Shown one piece after another: positions 63,901 through 64,000 of a DNA stretch of 64,000 bases. Position 1 is the stretch's first letter, and the number at the start of each line of letters is the position of its first letter. This DNA is from Candidatus Eiseniibacteriota bacterium. GTDB lineage: Bacteria > Eisenbacteria > RBG-16-71-46 > CAVPCR01. The stretch spans positions 1,952,001-2,016,000 of the forward strand of contig CAWGMA010000001.1 in the NCBI GenBank assembly GCA_963823555.1, written 5' to 3'. Under the pieces are notes generated by a model, which ran no database searches, was not told where the DNA came from, and saw nothing but the letters and a program-made list of their open reading frames with translations. Both the position numbers and the translations under genes were made by a program.

Positions 63901-64000
63901 CGAATCGACTCCTTCGCCGCGGTCCAGCCCCGCCAACCCCGCTCGCGAATCCGAGCGAACCATCGATCGTAATCGAATGGCGGCCAACAACAAAGGGCCG

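Overview
High-GC bacterial chromosome segment, mostly housekeeping genes on the minus strand: era, ftsY, smc, selA, livKHMGF, rplI-rpsR-rpsF-pth-rplY-prs, spoVG-ispE, rfbA/rfbD/gmhA, alaS-recX-recA-thpR, cinA-pgpA-mglAB-recR-ybaB-dnaX, SRP RNA, six tRNAs, tadA, mnmA-iscS-nifU and proS. A beta-barrel OMP and a FlgD-Ig-tailed secreted protein suggest a diderm, possibly FCB-associated such as Eisenbacteria/Latescibacterota/Krumholzibacteriota (inference only). The best finding is a selenoprotein hidden from the ORF track at 20698-22059 (+). It reads signal peptide ... GEVDPCG-UGA-KSARKGGLARR, with a SECIS-like hairpin right after the UGA. It fuses a degenerate UshA/5'-nucleotidase-like domain to a four-CxxCH cytochrome c. 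It is the last gene of a translationally coupled rhodanese - MauE/DoxX - selenocytochrome operon. selA and a Cys-type paralog (PCGRC) lie in the same window. Other observations: a probable ATC start for rfbA, a leaderless yqgE, a long structured leader before an OMP, a 9x48-bp coding repeat, a PLD-nuclease/OMP insertion between cinA and thpR, and frameshifts in smc (four) and dnaX (one) that are probably sequencing errors. No CRISPR, prophage or IS element was seen.
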